Both the position numbers and the translations under genes were made by a program. From the NCBI GenBank assembly GCA_037443265.1, contig JBBIOR010000006.1, positions 26,924-90,923 of the forward strand: 64,000 nt of DNA, given 5' to 3'. Positions 63,572-64,000 of the stretch are shown here, piece by piece (position 1 is the first letter of the stretch; each line of letters starts with the position of its first letter). The notes below the pieces were generated by a model. It ran no database searches. It worked only from the letters and a program-made list of their open reading frames with translations, and was not told where the DNA came from. The stretch is from Candidatus Fraserbacteria bacterium (lineage in GTDB: Bacteria > Bipolaricaulota > Bipolaricaulia > RBG-16-55-9).

Positions 63572-64000
63572 ATGACGGGCAAGAGCCTAACTTTTAGGAT
63601 TGGGCTGATGGCCATTTTAGCAGTGCTGGTATTTGCTAAAATGGCAGGGCTGTCCACCCCCCTACCGGTATTCAGTTGGGCACAAAACTGCACACTGACC
63701 GGAGTTGGTGGCGATCTCGAGCCTGGAGATCATCCGGCCGTCCTGCCCTCGGTCTTCACCATAACGTGTAAAGTCGGTGGTAACCCCGTCACCATCACCA
63801 AGTTCTTCGTGAACCGCCAGGGGATCACCCCAGCTGGGACTTTACAGCCAGGGCAGGCCCCAAACACTGACATCCTCAGCATCGAGATTCGGCTCGTCGC
63901 TGGCACACAAGTCTACAGTGGAACGGCTCCTGCGGCTGTCTGGCCTATCCCGTCAACATCGTTCACCCCGGCATTCACCGGCATAACCGTCCCTGCAGGC
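63572..64000 (+). CDS. Secreted beta-rich protein (5' part, truncated by the window edge)
   Basis: TAAGGAGGT SD; MTGKSLTFRIGLMAILAVLVFA signal; frame open to the end of the window. Confidence 0.8.
   Translation, partial: MTGKSLTFRIGLMAILAVLVFAKMAGLSTPLPVFSWAQNCTLTGVGGDLEPGDHPAVLPSVFTITCKVGGNPVTITKFFVNRQGITPAGTLQPGQAPNTDILSIEIRLVAGTQVYSGTAPAAVWPIPSTSFTPAFTGITVPAG

Noticed and set aside
1..64000. CRISPR array, prophage, IS or integrative element at the tRNA genes
   Set aside because: No regularly spaced repeats, integrase or transposase motifs, or duplicated tRNA 3' ends seen

Overview
A GC-rich bacterial chromosomal segment made mostly of housekeeping and metabolic genes: prfA, metK, groES/groEL with CIRCE, topA, era, recO, fabF, pheS/pheT, hutU/hutH, citrate synthase, pdaD/speB, a branched-chain-type ABC system, a polyamine ABC system and 7 dispersed tRNAs. 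The gene set and a secreted protein ending in a PLANGVYLYVV...VRKLVVLR domain suggest Ca. Bipolaricaulota (Acetothermia); this is inference only. I saw no integrase, transposase, prophage or CRISPR array. The most interesting signals are elements the ORF track misses. (1) A pheST leader: promoter, 19-aa Phe-Phe peptide, GC hairpin and C/U-rich pentamer repeats. (2) A stand-alone 56-aa DnaJ-type zinc finger inserted between pheS and pheT. (3) Two paralogous ~30-36-aa membrane peptides behind a near-consensus promoter. (4) A Cys-motif Crp/Fnr regulator with an in-frame G14 tract and an NtcA-like recognition helix, next to a GTA-N8-TAC site and a secreted protein gene. (5) A secreted cohesin-dockerin-sorting-domain protein. 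(6) A ~200-nt structured transcript beside tRNA-Lys. All product calls come from motif recognition by eye; no searches were run.
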